Shown piece by piece: positions 25,635-39,868 of a stretch of DNA of 64,000 nucleotides. The translations under genes were made by a program, and so were the position numbers. Source of the DNA: Amphiscolops sp. MND2022. Taxonomy: Eukaryota. Position 1 is the stretch's first letter. The number at the start of each line of letters is the position of its first letter. The notes beneath the pieces are model-generated. The model had not been told where the DNA came from. It saw only the letters and a list, made by a program, of their open reading frames with translations, and searched no databases. Where the stretch lies: contig OZ076409.1 of the NCBI GenBank assembly GCA_964187785.1, positions 70,806,001 through 70,870,000 on the forward strand. Reading direction: 5' to 3'.

Positions 25635-26904
25635 GTGCCGGGATTACTATTCGTTCGAGTATGTGGCGCGTGTGGGTAGGGCCCCTGGCGCGCTCTTTTA
25701 TTTCGGGTACACCTACTCCAAATTCACGATGTGATTTCGACGATCTCGTAAACTAGCCACACGATTTGGCTGAAATTTGGCACACGTACCCCCCTCGGCA
25801 CGGTGAAGATGATTCCCTACTGACGTTTTGCCCGCTAAACATTTTTTGTTGACCAAAATAACGGTTTTTGGGGGAAAATTTTGAACTTTTTTTAAATTTC
25901 GTCTTATATCTCGCCACGGGTTTACGCTAGCGCTTCAAAACCTTGCTAACGAAAGTTTGCAAACTGTCTCAGGAATGCGGTGTGAAAATTTCAGCCCAAT
26001 CGGACTTAAACTCGAGGAGATATAGCGTTTTTCCGGAGCGGGGGGGTTTCATTTTTCTAACGGTCCAGCTTATCTTTGCCATTTTTTCGAAAATGCACTC
26101 GCCTAAAGGCCTCCCCTGGCCGGTTTTATTCCCAGCAAAACCATTTGGCCCTAAATACGGAGTTTCAGCGTTCCAGCATTCCCGGGCGAAAAGTTGTGGG
26201 ACTTAGAAAATTTCAAAAATTTTCAAAAAAATTTTTTCCGTTATTTGGGCCCCCAAAGTGGGGCAAAAGACCCCCCAACCAGTAAAGCAAGTGAATGCAT
26301 GTGGAAAGCCCTTGTTTAGACGAGAAAAATGGCGTTTAGAACGTTTTTTTTATCGTAACTTGACATTGACTTTTGTCGTTTTGAAGGTGACCGTTAGATA
26401 CGGAAAATTGATGTTTTGAGTGTTTATCCCATCTGAAAGCCATTGAGATACAACATGTTTTGCTCAAAACGTGTTTCATTGCAGTTTCGCTGTCCATTAA
26501 CACCCTTTGGTGTCTTTTGACGTAATTTTCTTTTCTATAATAACAATTTCTTTGTGTATTTATTCATTTTTTTCTCATCAAAGAACTTGAAACAGTTGAG
26601 TACATTCCATCTCCCTTCCCGGGGGAGATGAGAATGTACTCGCTAAAGGTCAGGAACTACGGTCTATATCTTCCACAACACAAAAGAGATTGCAAATTGT
26701 TTCAGTTTGTCGCAGAAAACTTCTTTTTGCACTCTGTGACTCGACAAAGTGAACGTTTCTTACTTACTTTGAATCTCACCATACCACAACTCATCTCTAA
26801 CGTCAACGCCCCCCACACACATCAACGCCCCCCGTCCGTGGGCATGCCGAGGCATGCCCTTCGACGACGTATAGCAAATTATATTCGAACGCGGTAGCCG
26901 CTAG
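25635..26904 (+). mobile_element. 1.3-kb-class unit, B type with alternative 3' module (1270 bp)
   Basis: Junction-bounded; head as at 20520, 3' module as in 17932-19205. Confidence 0.6.
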
Positions 26905-28193
26905 GTGCCCGGATTTCTATTCATTAAAGTATGTTGCGCGTGTGGGTAGGGCCCCGTGGCGCGCTCTTGTGTCCCTGTTCTAAAATCTGTAATTTCCGGC
27001 AGCATTCTGAGCGATTTTCTAAACTATCCATACGATTCGGCTGAAATTTGGCACACGTACCCCCCTCGGCACGGTGAAGATGATTTCCTACTGACGTTTT
27101 TCCCGCAAAATTTTTTTTGTTGTCCAAAATAACGGTTTTTGGGGTAAAATTTTGAATTTTTTTTAAATTTTATCTTATATCTCGCCACCGGTTTACGCTA
27201 GCGCTTCAAAACCCTGCTAAAGAAAGCTTGCAAACTGTCTCAGGAACGCGGTGTGAAATTTTCAGCTCAATCGGACTTAAACTCGGGGAGATATAGCGTT
27301 TTTCCGGAGCGGGGGGGTTTCAATTTTCTAACGGTCCAGCTTATCTTTGCCATTTTTTCGAAAATGCACTCGCCTAAAGGCCTCCCCTGGCCGGTTTTAT
27401 TCCCAGCAAAACCATTTGGCCCTAAATACGGAGTTTCAGCGTTCCAGCATTCCCGGGCGAAAAGTTGTGGGACTTAGAAAAGTTCAAAAATTTTCAAAAC
27501 ATTTTTTTTCCGTTTTCCGCCCTCCCCCCCTAGGGGAAAAGACCCCCCAACCAGTAATTTGAGTGAATTCATGTGGAAAGGCCATGTTTAGAGGAGAAAA
27601 ATGCCGTTTAGAACGTCTTTTTATCTTGGCTCAACGTTGACTTATGACGTTTTGAAGGTGATGTTTGGAGGTGTAAAGCACGTGAATAGTAAACGTTATG
27701 AGTATTTATCTGATCTGAAAGCCATTGAGATGAACATGGTTTGCTCAAAACGTAATTCATGGCAGTTTGGCAATCAATCAACACCCTTTGTTGTCGTTTG
27801 ACATACTTTTTTGTTGTTATAATAAAAAATTTAGTGTATTTATTCATTTTTTTCTCATCAAATAACTTGAAACAGTTGAGTACATTCCATCCCCCCCTTC
27901 CGGGGGAGATGAGAATGTACTCGCAAAAAGCACCGAACTACGGCCCTTACCTTCCCGAGCTACGCAGTATAAGGATTACATATTGGTTCCGACATTTTCA
28001 TAGAGTTAAATCTTGGTAATCTGTCTGGATATGCAGAAAAACCAGCACGTGCTTTTTTATACCAAGTTGCTTACAACGACAATTATTTTATATCAACGCC
28101 CCCATGTTTATCAACGCCCCCCGTCCGTGGGCATGCCGAGGCATGCCCTTCGACGACGTATACCAAGATATGTTCGAGCGCGGTAGCAGCTAG
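26905..28193 (+). mobile_element. 1.3-kb-class unit, H head / B body mosaic (1289 bp)
   Basis: Head as at 19206, body as at 24349. Confidence 0.6.
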
Positions 28194-29479
28194 GTGCCCG
28201 GATTTCTATTCATTAAAGTATGTTGCGCGTGCGGGTAGGGTCCCTTGCGCGCTCTTGGGTATGGTGTTCACCAGCTAGGAAACAGGGGTCGATTTTTCGG
28301 GATCTCCTAAACTAGCCACACGATTTGGCTGAAATTTGGCACACGTACCCCCCTCGGCACGGTGAAGATGATTTCCTACTGACGTTTTTCCCGCAAAATT
28401 TTTTTTGTTGTCCAAAATAACGGTTTTTGGGGGAAAATTTTGAACTTTTTTTAAATTTCATCTCATATCTCGCCACCGGTTTACGCTAGCGCTTCAAAAC
28501 CCTGCTAAAGAAAGCTTGCAAACTGTCTCAGGAATGCGGTGTGAAATTTTCAGCTCAATCGGACTCAAACTCAGGGAGATATAGCGTTTTTCCGGAGCGG
28601 GGGGGTTTCATTTTTCTAACGGTCCAGCTTATCTTAGCCATTTTTTCGAAAATGTACTCGCCTAAAGACCTCCCCTGGCCGGTTTTATTCCCAGCAAAAC
28701 CATTTGGCCCTAAATACGGAGTTTCAGCGTTCCAGCATTCCCGGGCGAAAAGTTGTGGGACTTAGATAATTTCAAAAATTTTCAAAAAATTTTTTTCCGT
28801 TTTCCGCCCTCCCCCCCTAGGGGAAAAGACCCCCCAACCAGTAATTTGAGTGAATTCATGTGGAAAGGCCATGTTTAGAGGAGAAAAATCCCGTTTAAAT
28901 TGTCTTTTTATCTTTATTCAACGTTGACTTATGACGTTTTGAAGGTGATGTTTGGAGGTGTGAAGCACGTGAAAAGTAAACGTTATGAGTATTTATCTGA
29001 TCTGAAAGCCATTGAGATGCAACCTGTTTTGCTCAAAACGTAATTCATATCAATTTGGTAGTCAATAAACACCCTTTGTTGTCATTTGACATCTTTTTTT
29101 GTTGATATAAGAAAAAATTTCGTGTATTTATTCATTTTTTTCTCAACAAATAACTTGAAACAGTTGAGTACATTCCATCCCCCCTTCACGGGGGAGATGA
29201 GAATGTACTCGCAAAAAGCCCCGAACTACGGCCCTTACCTTCCTGAGCTACGCAGTATAAAGATTGCATATTGGTTCCGACATTTTGATAGAGTTATATC
29301 TTGGTAATCTGTCTGGGTATGCAGAAAAACCAGCACGTGCTTTTTTATACCAAGTTGCTCACAACGACATTTATTTTATATCAACGCCCCCATATTTATC
29401 AACGCCCCCCGTCCGTGGGCATGCCGAGGCATGCCCTTCGACGACGTATACCAAGATATGTTCGACCGCGTTAGCCTAG
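28194..29479 (+). mobile_element. 1.3-kb-class unit, mosaic B type (1286 bp)
   Basis: First ~40 nt as at 26905, then as at 24349. Confidence 0.6.
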
Positions 29480-30769
29480 GTGCCCGGATTTCTATTCATT
29501 AAAGTATGTTGCGCGTGTGGGTAGGGCCCCGTGGCGCGCTCTTGTGTCCCTGTTCTAAAATCTGTAATTTCCGGCAGCATTCTGAGCGATTTTCTAAACT
29601 ATCCATACGATTCGGCTGAAATTTGGCACACGTACCCCCCTCGGCACGGTGAAGATGATTTCCTACTGACGTTTTTCCCGCAAAATTTTTTTTGTTGTCC
29701 AAAATAACGGTTTTTGGGGTAAAATTTTGAATTTTTTTTAAATTTTATCTTATATCTCGACACCGGTTTACGCTAGCGCTTCAAAACCCTGCTAAAGAAA
29801 GCTTGCAAACTGTCTCAGGAATGCGGTGTGAAATTTTCAGCTCAATCGGACTGAAACTCGGGGAGATATAGCGTTTTTCCGGAGCGGGGGGGTTTCATTT
29901 TTCTAACGGTCCAGCTTATCTTTGCCATTTTTTCGAAAATGCACTCGCCTAAAGGCCTCCCCTGGCCGGTTTTTTTCCCAGCAAAACCATTTGGCCCTAA
30001 ATACGGAGTTTCAGCGTTCCAGCATTCCCGGGCGAAAAGTTGTGGGACTTAGAAAAGTTCAAAAATTTTCAAAAAATTTTTTTTTCCGTTTTCCGCCCTC
30101 CCCCCCTAGGGGAAAAGACCCCCCAACCAGTAATTTGAGTGAATTCATGTGGAAAGGCAATGTTTAGAGGAGAAAAATGCCGTTTAGAACGTCTTTTTAT
30201 CTTGGCTCAACGTTGACTTATGACGTTTTGAAGGTGATGTTTGGAGGTGTAAAGCACGTGAATAGTAAACGTTATGAGTATTTATCTGATCTGAAAGCCA
30301 TTGAGATGAATATGGTTTGCTCAAAACGTAATTCATGGCAGTTTGGCAATCAATCAACACCCTTTGTTGTCGTTTGACATACTTTTTTGTTGTTATAATA
30401 AAAAATTTTGTGTATTTATTCATTTTTTTCTCATCAAATAACTTGAAACAGTTGAGTACATTCCATCCCCCCTTCACGGGGGAGATGAGAATGTACTCGC
30501 AAAAAGCCCCAAACTACGGCCCTTACCTTCCTGAGCTACACAGTATAAAGATTGCATATTGGTTCCGACATTTTGATAGAGTTATATCTTGGTAATCTGT
30601 CTGGGTATGCAGAAAAACCAGCACGTGCTTTTTTATACCAAGTTGCTCACAACGACATTTATTTTATATCAACGCCCCTATATTTATCAACGCCCCCCGT
30701 CCGTGGGCATGCCGAGGCATGCCCTTCGACGACGTATGCTCAAGATATACCCCGAGCGCGTTAGCCTAG
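29480..30769 (+). mobile_element. 1.3-kb-class unit, H head / B body mosaic (1290 bp)
   Basis: Head as at 26905. Confidence 0.6.
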
Positions 30770-32085
30770 GTGCCCGGATTTCTATTCATTAAAGTATGTT
30801 GCGCGTGTGGGTAGGGCCCCGTGGCGCGCTCTTGTGTCCCTGTTCTCATAACTGCAATTTCCGGCAGCATTCTGAGCGATTTTCTAAACTATCCATACGA
30901 TTCGGCTGAAATTTGGCATGTGAGTTCCTATGACAGTTCTAAGAAACATTTCCTACTGGCGTTTTGCCCGGAAAATTTTTTTTGTTGACTTATAACGGTT
31001 TTTTTGGCCAAAAAATGCAATTTTTTCAAAAAAATTTTTTTTCGGAGTCCATATCTTTTTTCAGGGTGCCCGGAGCGGGACGCGTTAAACTGATTATAAA
31101 CTCTACGGTTCATGGGCTTTACGGAGAACCTAGGCTCGTTTCGATCGGACAAATAGTCTTGGAGATATAACGGCATTTTTTGGGAATTTTTTGGAAATTT
31201 TTCTAACGGTCCAGCTTATCTTTGCCATTTTTTCGAAAATGTACTCGCCTAAAGGCCTCCCCTGGCCGTTTTTAATCCCAGCAAAACCATTTGGCCCTAA
31301 ATACGGAGTTTCAGCGTTCCAGCATTCCCGGGCGAAAAGTTGTGGGACTTAGAAAAATTTCAAAATTTTTCAAATTTTTTTTTCCGTTTTCCGCCCTCCC
31401 CCCCGAGGGGAAAAGACCCCCCAACCAGTAATTTGAGTGAATTCATGTGGAAAGGCCATGTTTAGAGGAGAAAAATGCCGTTTAGATCGTCTTTTTATTT
31501 TAACCTGTCGTTGACTTATGTTGTTTTGAAGGTGATGTTTGGATGTGTGAAGCATGTGAAAACGTTATTAATTGTGTCTTTAGCTCTTCTAAAAGTCATT
31601 GAGATACACGGTGTGTGACTCAGAACGTGTTTAATTCTAATTTAGCAATGCATCAACACTTTTTTGTGTCTTTTGACTCTGTTTTAAAAAATTTTTCCGA
31701 CTAAAATCAAAAATTATTCATAATTATTCACATTTTTTTTCTGATCTCATGACTCGAAACAGTTGAGTACATTCCATCTCCCTTCACGGGGGAGATGAGA
31801 ATGTACTCTTTAGAGACCAGGTACTACAGTACTTACCTTCCCCGAGCAACGCCCCATAAAAATTGCGTTTTGATCCAGATATTTTGACATAATTTTATCT
31901 TTGTAATTTGACTGAAAATGAAGAAAATTCCGCACGTGCTCTTTTACATCAAGTATCTTAACAACGCCATCTCTTTTACGTCAACGCCCCATATTTTACA
32001 TCAACGCCCACTGTCCGTGGGCATGCCGAGGCATGCCCTTCGACGACCCGCACCAAAATATGCTCCCAAGCGCGGTAGCGGCTAG
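30770..32085 (+). mobile_element. 1.3-kb-class unit, H type (1316 bp)
   Basis: Closely similar to 19206-20519. Confidence 0.6.
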
Positions 32086-34060
32086 GTGCGGGGGGGAAAC
32101 CCCAACAAAATTTTTGGAGGATTCGGGTAGGGTCCTGAATCCGAGTTCAGTGCTGCCAGCTTTCGTTAAGAAAATTTGGATAGGATTCGGGATCTCGTGA
32201 TCTAACCATAGGATTTTAAAGTTGGAGCGGCCCCCACCAGATTTTCCGAAAATTAGCGCCCCCCACCGGGTTCCATACCCCGGAAAATTTTTTTCTGGCC
32301 ACACGGGCGACCGTTAGGGGGTCATTTTAGGGGTAAAATTCATATAGGGCCACATAACTTTTTTTCTGTTGATTTAAAACTTTGGGACCCTGCTAAAAGT
32401 TTCTTGACCGTGTTGCAAGGGCTCCGGAGGTCCAAACCAAATTTTTCTAGCTTGAAGCTATCTCCAAGTACCCCCCCGCCCAAAACGTTATTTTTCCGGA
32501 AACGCAGGTTTTTGACCCGGAAGGAGTCGTCTGAGCGCGGGGTCGTTAGGTGATGTTTTGGGGACGGCCTTGAGACGAAGTGGGGGACATGTAGTTTGCC
32601 AACCCCAGTTTACCCCCCGGACGGGAAATGACCGTTATATGAGCGGGAAAATTGCCCCCCTCCACGTTTTACCGCTATTTCCGGTGTGAAGGAGTGGGAG
32701 TAGCGCGTCGGGTGCCATATATCAAAAGTAGGTTTAAACAAGGATCTATCGGAAACATGTGGTTTGGGACCCCCTGGACCAACCCGTTAGCGGGAAATGG
32801 CGCTTCCGCTTCCTTTTTTTACTGCTAAAACCGTAAAATGGGCATTGAGGGGTAAATATCTCGTGAACGCGTGGAGCTACGGTGTCCTTCACTACTACAA
32901 GGTTTCATACCCATGATATGGTGCCTTCAGGGGGGCAAACAGATTTCCGCTATCTATCACCGTTACTGACTTGGCCCCCCAGCCTAACCGCTATGTGACC
33001 GGAAATGTCACTTTTTGAGCCCAAAGGGTCGGTCCCAGCCGGGGAACGTTAGGTAACTTATTGTAGCACTCAATGAGACGAGTTGGGGGACATAGTTTCA
33101 GTCACCCCCCGTTACCCCTTGAGACCGGAAATGACCGTTATGTGGGTAAATTTGCATTTTTTATACTCTTTGAAGTGCATTTATGTGCGGAAGGAGTGGT
33201 AATAGGTGCTTGGACACTATATGAGGTAAGGGAGGACGTGAGGCGAGCATTCGGAAATAACCGTTATGTTGACCCTAAAGTCCCCCTGGTACCGGAAGTG
33301 ACCCGTAATGGTCAAATTTTGTGTTCAAAGGGTACAAATGTTTGGTGTTTTATGGATAACAGTGCCTATTAGGTGTTTCGACGGTCTGCAGTCGTGAACA
33401 TAGTCATGAAACCTTGTGGGGGGTAACGGTATATAGCACCGGAAGTCCAAAACTTTGGAGAAAGGATAAGTGTTTTGGTTTTAAAATGTCTTTCGGCCTA
33501 CTTTTGTCGACTATTATGGTCTATTTTTGAAAAATAAAGTTTTTCCATATAGTTTCAGAGACTCCGAAACCTCAACCAACATAACCGTTACGTTATGATA
33601 GCCTTTCAAGTTGGCCTGGTGTCAACTTGGAAGGGCTATCCTTCAAAAATCATTAATCAAGTGTGTTTTTGAGTATGTTTGTATTACTTTAGAATCAATT
33701 AGAGCTTCAAGAAAAGTTTGCCAACGACAAAAACTATGTCGTGATGATTCCGTTATTAGAATAATGGTTAAGAAAATGTTGATAAATTTGATTTTTTACA
33801 TTTCAAATGTGTCCTAAATGCCAGAAAACCTCTTTACCAAACAAATGGTTTTGAGTGAATTGTATATAACAGCTAATAAAAGTTCAAATTGAATCTTACG
33901 TTTCATTATTCAAGCTAAAACTTCATAACATAGTTTAATTAACGTCAACGCCACACACTTTACATCAACGCCCACCGTCCGTAGGCATGCCGAGGCATGC
34001 CTTTCGACGACGTATACCAAATTCCACCCACACAACACCCCCGAGCGCGGTAGCAGCTAG
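32086..34060 (+). mobile_element. Family A unit (1975 bp)
   Basis: Junction-bounded; compensatory hairpin variant 33983-34002. Confidence 0.6.
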
Positions 34061-35335
34061 GTGCCGGTGTTTTCTTCACTTTTGAGGATGTTGCGCGTGT
34101 GGGTAGGGCCCCTGGCGCGCTCCGTTGTCCCCCTGTTTATATCTTCGTAATTTTGAACAATTTTTTGGGATCTCGAAAACTGGCCACACGATTTGGCTGA
34201 AATTTTGCATGCGGCTTCCTATAACACTTCTAAGAACTAATCCCTAGTGGCGTTTTGCTGGGAAAATTTTTTTTGTTGACTTATTCACATTTTTAGGGTC
34301 AAAAAAAGGCGTTTTTTTGAAAAATTTTTTTTTCAGAGACGATTACTCGAAACTGGTGCACCCAGCGCAGTAACGCCTAGCTGATTTATTGTTGGGCATT
34401 TCATGAGGAGTCCGTATACAAATTTTTGTCCAAATCGGATAAAAATTGATTGAGAAATAACTGAAAATTTGAGGAATTTTTTTGGATATTTTCGAAAACC
34501 CAGTCTATCTCTGCCGTTTTTTGCCCAGATTTTTTTTGAGACACTCTTCTAAAGACCTCCCCTGGCCGGTTTTCCTCCCAGCAAAACCATTTGGCCCTAA
34601 ATACGAAGTTTCAGCGTTCTAGCATTCCCGGGCGAAAAGTTGTGGGACTTAGAAAAAATTTTTGGAAACGCAAAATTTGTAAAGTCAACTTCAGGTCTCA
34701 CAAAGTCAAGAAACTTCCACACTACTAGTATTGCAAGTGAATGCATGTGGAAAGTACTCGAATAGACGAGAAAAATGAGCTATAGAACAGCTCTGTAGCT
34801 TAACTTGACGTTGACTTATGACAATTTTAGTGTGAGCCTGCTATGTGAGATAAAAATTCAAAATTGAAAATCGAAGCTAAGTCTCGTCCAAAACTCATCG
34901 GAACACGTTCAATCCATCCCAGAGCGGTTTAATTCCAGCTATATAATGCAGCTACACTATTCAAGATCATTTGATCCACTTACATTAGTTTTGACACCAT
35001 ATTATTCATCCGATAGCACAAAACAATTGAGTACATTCCATCTCCCCTCCGTGGGAGATGAGAATGTACTCGCTAAAGTCCAGGTACTACAGCCCATATT
35101 TGTTTTTATGCGGCGCTCTTTGTGCTAGTGCGCACCCGTATTAACCTTTTAACTGATTTTCTTTTGTCTGTACTTTGACTTTGACTTGACATATGCTGAA
35201 CGTTTTGTACTTACAACATACACATGACAAACGTCAACGCCACATCCTTGCATCAACGCCCACCGTCCGTGGGCATGCCGAGGCATGCCCTTCGACGACG
35301 TATGCCAAAGATATACCTGGAGCGCGTTAGCCTAG
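34061..35335 (+). mobile_element. 1.3-kb-class unit, singleton (1275 bp)
   Basis: B-like left hairpin, E-like middle, 3' part related to the 38597 unit. Confidence 0.55.
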
Positions 35336-37309
35336 GTGCGGGGGGGAAACCCCAACAAAAATTTTGGAGGATTCGGGTAGGGTCCTGAATCCGAGTTCAG
35401 TGCTGCCAGCTTTCGTTAAGAAAATTTGGATAGGATTCGGGATCTCGTGATCTAACCATAGGATTTTAAAGTTGGAGCGGCCCCCACCAGATTTTCCGAA
35501 AATTAGCGCCCCCCACCGGGTTCCATACCCCGGAAAATTTTTTTCTGGCCACACGGGCGACCGTTAGGGGGTCATTTTAGGGGTAAAATTCATATTGGGC
35601 CACATAACTTTTTTTCTGTTGATTTAAAACTTTGGGACCCTGCTAAAAGTTTCTTGACCGTGTTGCAGGGGCCCCGGAGGTCCAAACCAAATTTTTCTAT
35701 CTTGAAGCTATCTCCAAGTACCCCCCCGCTCAAACCGTTATTTTTCCGGAAACGCAGGTTTTTGACCCGGAAGGAGTCGTCTGAGCGCGGGGTCGTTAGG
35801 TGATGTTTTGGGGACGGCCTTGAGACGAAGCGGGGGACATGTAGTTTGCCGACCCCAGTTTACCCCCCGCACGGGAAATGACCGTTATATGAGCGGGAAA
35901 AATGCCCCCCTCCACGTTTTACCGCTATTTCCGGTGTGAAGGAGTGGGAGTAGCGCGTCGGGTGCCATATATCAAAAGTAGGTTTAGACAAGGATCTATC
36001 GGAAACATGTGATTTGGGACCCCCTGGACCAACCCGTTAGCAGGAAATGGGGCTTCCGGCCCGTTTTTTTACGGTTAAAAACGGAAAATGGGCATTGAGG
36101 GGTAAATATCTCGTGAACGCGTGGAGCTACGGTGTCCTTCACTACTACAAGGTTTCATACCCATGATATGGTGCCTTCAGGGGGGCAAACAGATTTCCGC
36201 TATCTATCACCGTTACGGACTTGGCCCCCCAGCCTAACCGCTAAGTGACCGGAAATGTCACTTTTTGAGCCCAAAGGGTCGGTCCCAGCCAGGGAACGTT
36301 AGGTAACTTATTGTAGTACTCATTGAGATGAGTTGGGGGACATAGTTTCAGTCACCCCCCGTTACACCTTAAGACCGGAAATGACCGTTATGTGAGTAAA
36401 TTTGCCGTTTTTGTCCTATTTGAAGGGCATTTAGATGCGGAAGGAGTGGTAATAGGTGCTTGGACACTATATGATGTAAGGGAGGATATGAGGCGAGCAT
36501 TCGGAAATAACCGTTATGTTGACCCTAAAATCCCCCTGGTACCGTAAACGACCGGAAATGGTCAAATTTTGTGTCTATTGGGTACAAATGTTGGGTATTT
36601 TGTAGATAAAAGTATCTATTAGGTGTTTCGACGGTCTGCAGTAGTGAACATAGTCATGAAACCTTGTAGGGGGTAACGGTATATAGCACCGGAAGTCCAA
36701 ACCGTTGGTGACAGGATAGGTTTTTTGGTTTTAAAATGTCTTTCGGCGTACCTTTGTCGACTATTAAGGACTATTTTTAAAAATTAAAGATTTTCCATAT
36801 AGTTTCAGAGACTCCGAAACCTCAACCAACATAACCGTTACCTCATGATAGCCTTTCAAGTTGGCCTGGTGTCAACTTGGAAGGGCTATCCTTCAAAAAT
36901 CGTCAATCAAGTGTGTTTTTGGGTATGTTTGTATCATTTTAGAATCAATTAGAGCTTCAAGAAAAGTTTCCCAACAACAAAAACTATGTCGTGAAGATTC
37001 CGTTACTAGAATTATAGTTAGCAAATTGTTGAGAAAAATGTTTTTTTTTCCAAATTAAATGTGTCCTAAATGCCAGGAAACTTGTTTAACTAACAAATGG
37101 TATTGATTGGAATGTATGTAACAGATTTATAAAAGTTCAAATTGATTATTAAGTTTCATTATGGAAGCTGAAACGTAATATTTTAGTTTAATTAACGTCA
37201 ACGTCACATACTTTTTATCAACGCCCACCGTCTGTGGGCATGCCGAGGCATGCCCTTCGACGACGTATACCAAATACATACCTAACGACGCCCGTACATG
37301 CCGGGCTAG
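35336..37309 (+). mobile_element. Family A unit (1974 bp)
   Basis: Junction-bounded, homologous to 905-2878. Confidence 0.6.
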
Positions 37310-38596
37310 GTGGCCGGAAATTTTTTTTTTCATCAAAATCTTTGCCATTGGGGGAGGGGCCCCGGATGGCCAGTAGTACGGGATAGCTTCCTACCAAATC
37401 CAGATGGAAAAAACGTGATTTTGGAAACTAGCCGTCAGAATTTGCTCAAATTTTGCATACGGCTTCCTATAACAATCCTAAGAACTAATCCCTACTGGCA
37501 TTTTGCCCAAAAAACGCAAAAAGTTGGTCAAAATCTTAGTTTTTTGGTCAAAAAATGGCGTTTTTTCGAAAAAAATTTTTTTCAGAGACAATTACTCGTA
37601 ACTGGTTCACCCAGCGCAAAAACGCCTAGCTGATTTATTGTTGGGCACTTCATGAGGAGTGCGTATACAAATTTTCGTCTAGATCGGAAAAAAAATGACT
37701 AAGTATTAGCCGGAATTCGGACGCATTTTTTCGCAAATTTTTGAAAACCTAGTCTATCTCTGCCGTTTTTTGCCCAGATTTTTTTCCAGGTCCTCTCCTA
37801 AAGGCCTCCCCTGGCCGGTTTACTTCCCAGAAAAACCAATTGGCCCTAAATACGGAGTTTCAGCGTTCTAGCATTCCCGGGCGAAAAGATGTGGGACTTA
37901 GAAAAAATTCAAAATTTTTCAAAAAAATTTTTTTCGTTTTCCGGCCCCCCAATGAAGGGGAACGACCCCCCAACGAGGATTTTTGGTGAATTCACGTGGA
38001 AAGGCCTTGTTTTGTGGAGCAAATTGCCGTTTAGAGCAACTTTTTATCTTAACTTGACGTTGACCCCTGTCGTTTTGAATTTGATTTTAGTATGTGTTGA
38101 GCATGTGAAAAGTTGATGATTTCAGTTGTTCTCTCGTGTTCAAGCCATTGAGATACAAGCGGTAGTGATCAAAATGTGATTTATCGCACTTTGATGGTGC
38201 TTTTGGTGTATTTTGATTCTTTTAAATAAAAAGTTGTTCTTTATATATTTGGTGTATTGATTCAAATGAACAAGAAACAGTTGAGTACATTTCATCTCCC
38301 CCCTTGTGGGGGAGATGAGGATGTACCCGCTAAATGACACGCACAATGGCCCAATTTTATTTTTATGCGACATTTTCTAGGCTTTTGCGCAAGCCCACTA
38401 AAATTTAGACTGGTTTCCTTTTCTTTTACTCCAAAATTTTCCGTACTAACCACCTTACGCACCACCAGCTCAACGTAACATCTGTAACGTCAACGCCACA
38501 CACTCTCACTAACGCCCACCGTCCGTGGGCATGCCGAGGCATGCCCTTCGACGACGTATGCCAAATAGCGCCACAGGGCGCAAACATTCCCGCTAG
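37310..38596 (+). mobile_element. 1.3-kb-class unit, E type (1287 bp)
   Basis: Near-identical to 21794-23080. Confidence 0.6.
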
Positions 38597-39868
38597 GTGG
38601 CCGGGAACTTTTTTTCCTGCATTTTTCTGTCCAATTGGGGGAGGGGCCCCAAGTGGCTGTTATCCGGTTTTACTACCTACCCTAAACACGCTCAAAAAAT
38701 GACGATCTCGAAAACCACCCCTTAGATTTTCCTGAAACTTTGCATACAGGCTTAGAATCAAATCCTAAGAACTATTTCCTACTAGCGTTTTTCCGAATTT
38801 TTTCAAAAAGTTGGTCAAAAATGCAACAAAAGTTGCCAATGGACATAAAAAACGCAACTTTTCGACTTTGAGGGCTCATAACTTTTTCCAGAGTGCCCGG
38901 AGCGATTCGCACAGTAAGAACAGTATTGCTCAGCATTGTTGGAGGAGTGCGTGGACAAATTTGGGGTTGAATTGGATGAAAATTGACTGAGAAATAAACG
39001 AAAATTTTGGTGCATTTGTTGCAAATACCAGTTTATCTCTGGCATTTTCGCCCAAAATTTTTCCCAGAGCCTTTACAGGAGGCAACCCCTGCCCAAATTT
39101 CTGCCGAGCAAACCCATTTGGCCCTAAATACGAGGTTTCAGCGTTCTAGCACTTCCTGGCAAAAAGTTGTGGGACTTAGAAAAATTTCAAAAAAACGCAA
39201 AAATTGTAAAAATTACCTTCTGGCGTCCCAAAGTCAGGAAACTTCCACACAACTAGTATTGCAAGTGAATGCATGTGGAAAGTACTTGAATAGACGAGAA
39301 AAATGAGCTATAGAACGACTCTGTAGCTTAATCTGATGTTGACTTATGACATTTTGAGTGTGAGCATCTTATAGGATTTTAATGTCAAAAATGAGATTTT
39401 GTAAGTCATGTCTAATCAAAAACTCATCGGAATACGTTCAATCATCCCCATAGCTGTTCAATCACCGTTGCTTAGTAGAACAAAGCCTTTTAATGTCTTT
39501 GGACCCATTTTGAAAATTTTCCTTACCGTCTTATTCGTCCGATATCACGAAACAGTTGAGTACATTCCATCTCCCCCCTTGTGGGGGAGATGAGAATGTA
39601 CTCGCCAAAGACCTGATACAATGGCCCATATTGGTTTTTATTTGACCTTTCTCACAATATTGCACACGGATAGTTGTGTTTGGTAAAAGTTTTCCTTCGC
39701 ACCATGTCTCCAGAAGCTAAACCACTTCTTTACCTTACTACTACTCAAACATCACTAACGTCAACGCCACATACTCGCATCAACGCCCACCGTCCGTGGG
39801 CATGCCGAGGCATGCCCTTCGACGACGTATGCCAAATAGCGCCACCTGGCGCCCCCAATTTCCGCTAG
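38597..39868 (+). mobile_element. 1.3-kb-class unit, divergent singleton (1272 bp)
   Basis: All conserved boxes and hairpins present, body diverged. Confidence 0.55.
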
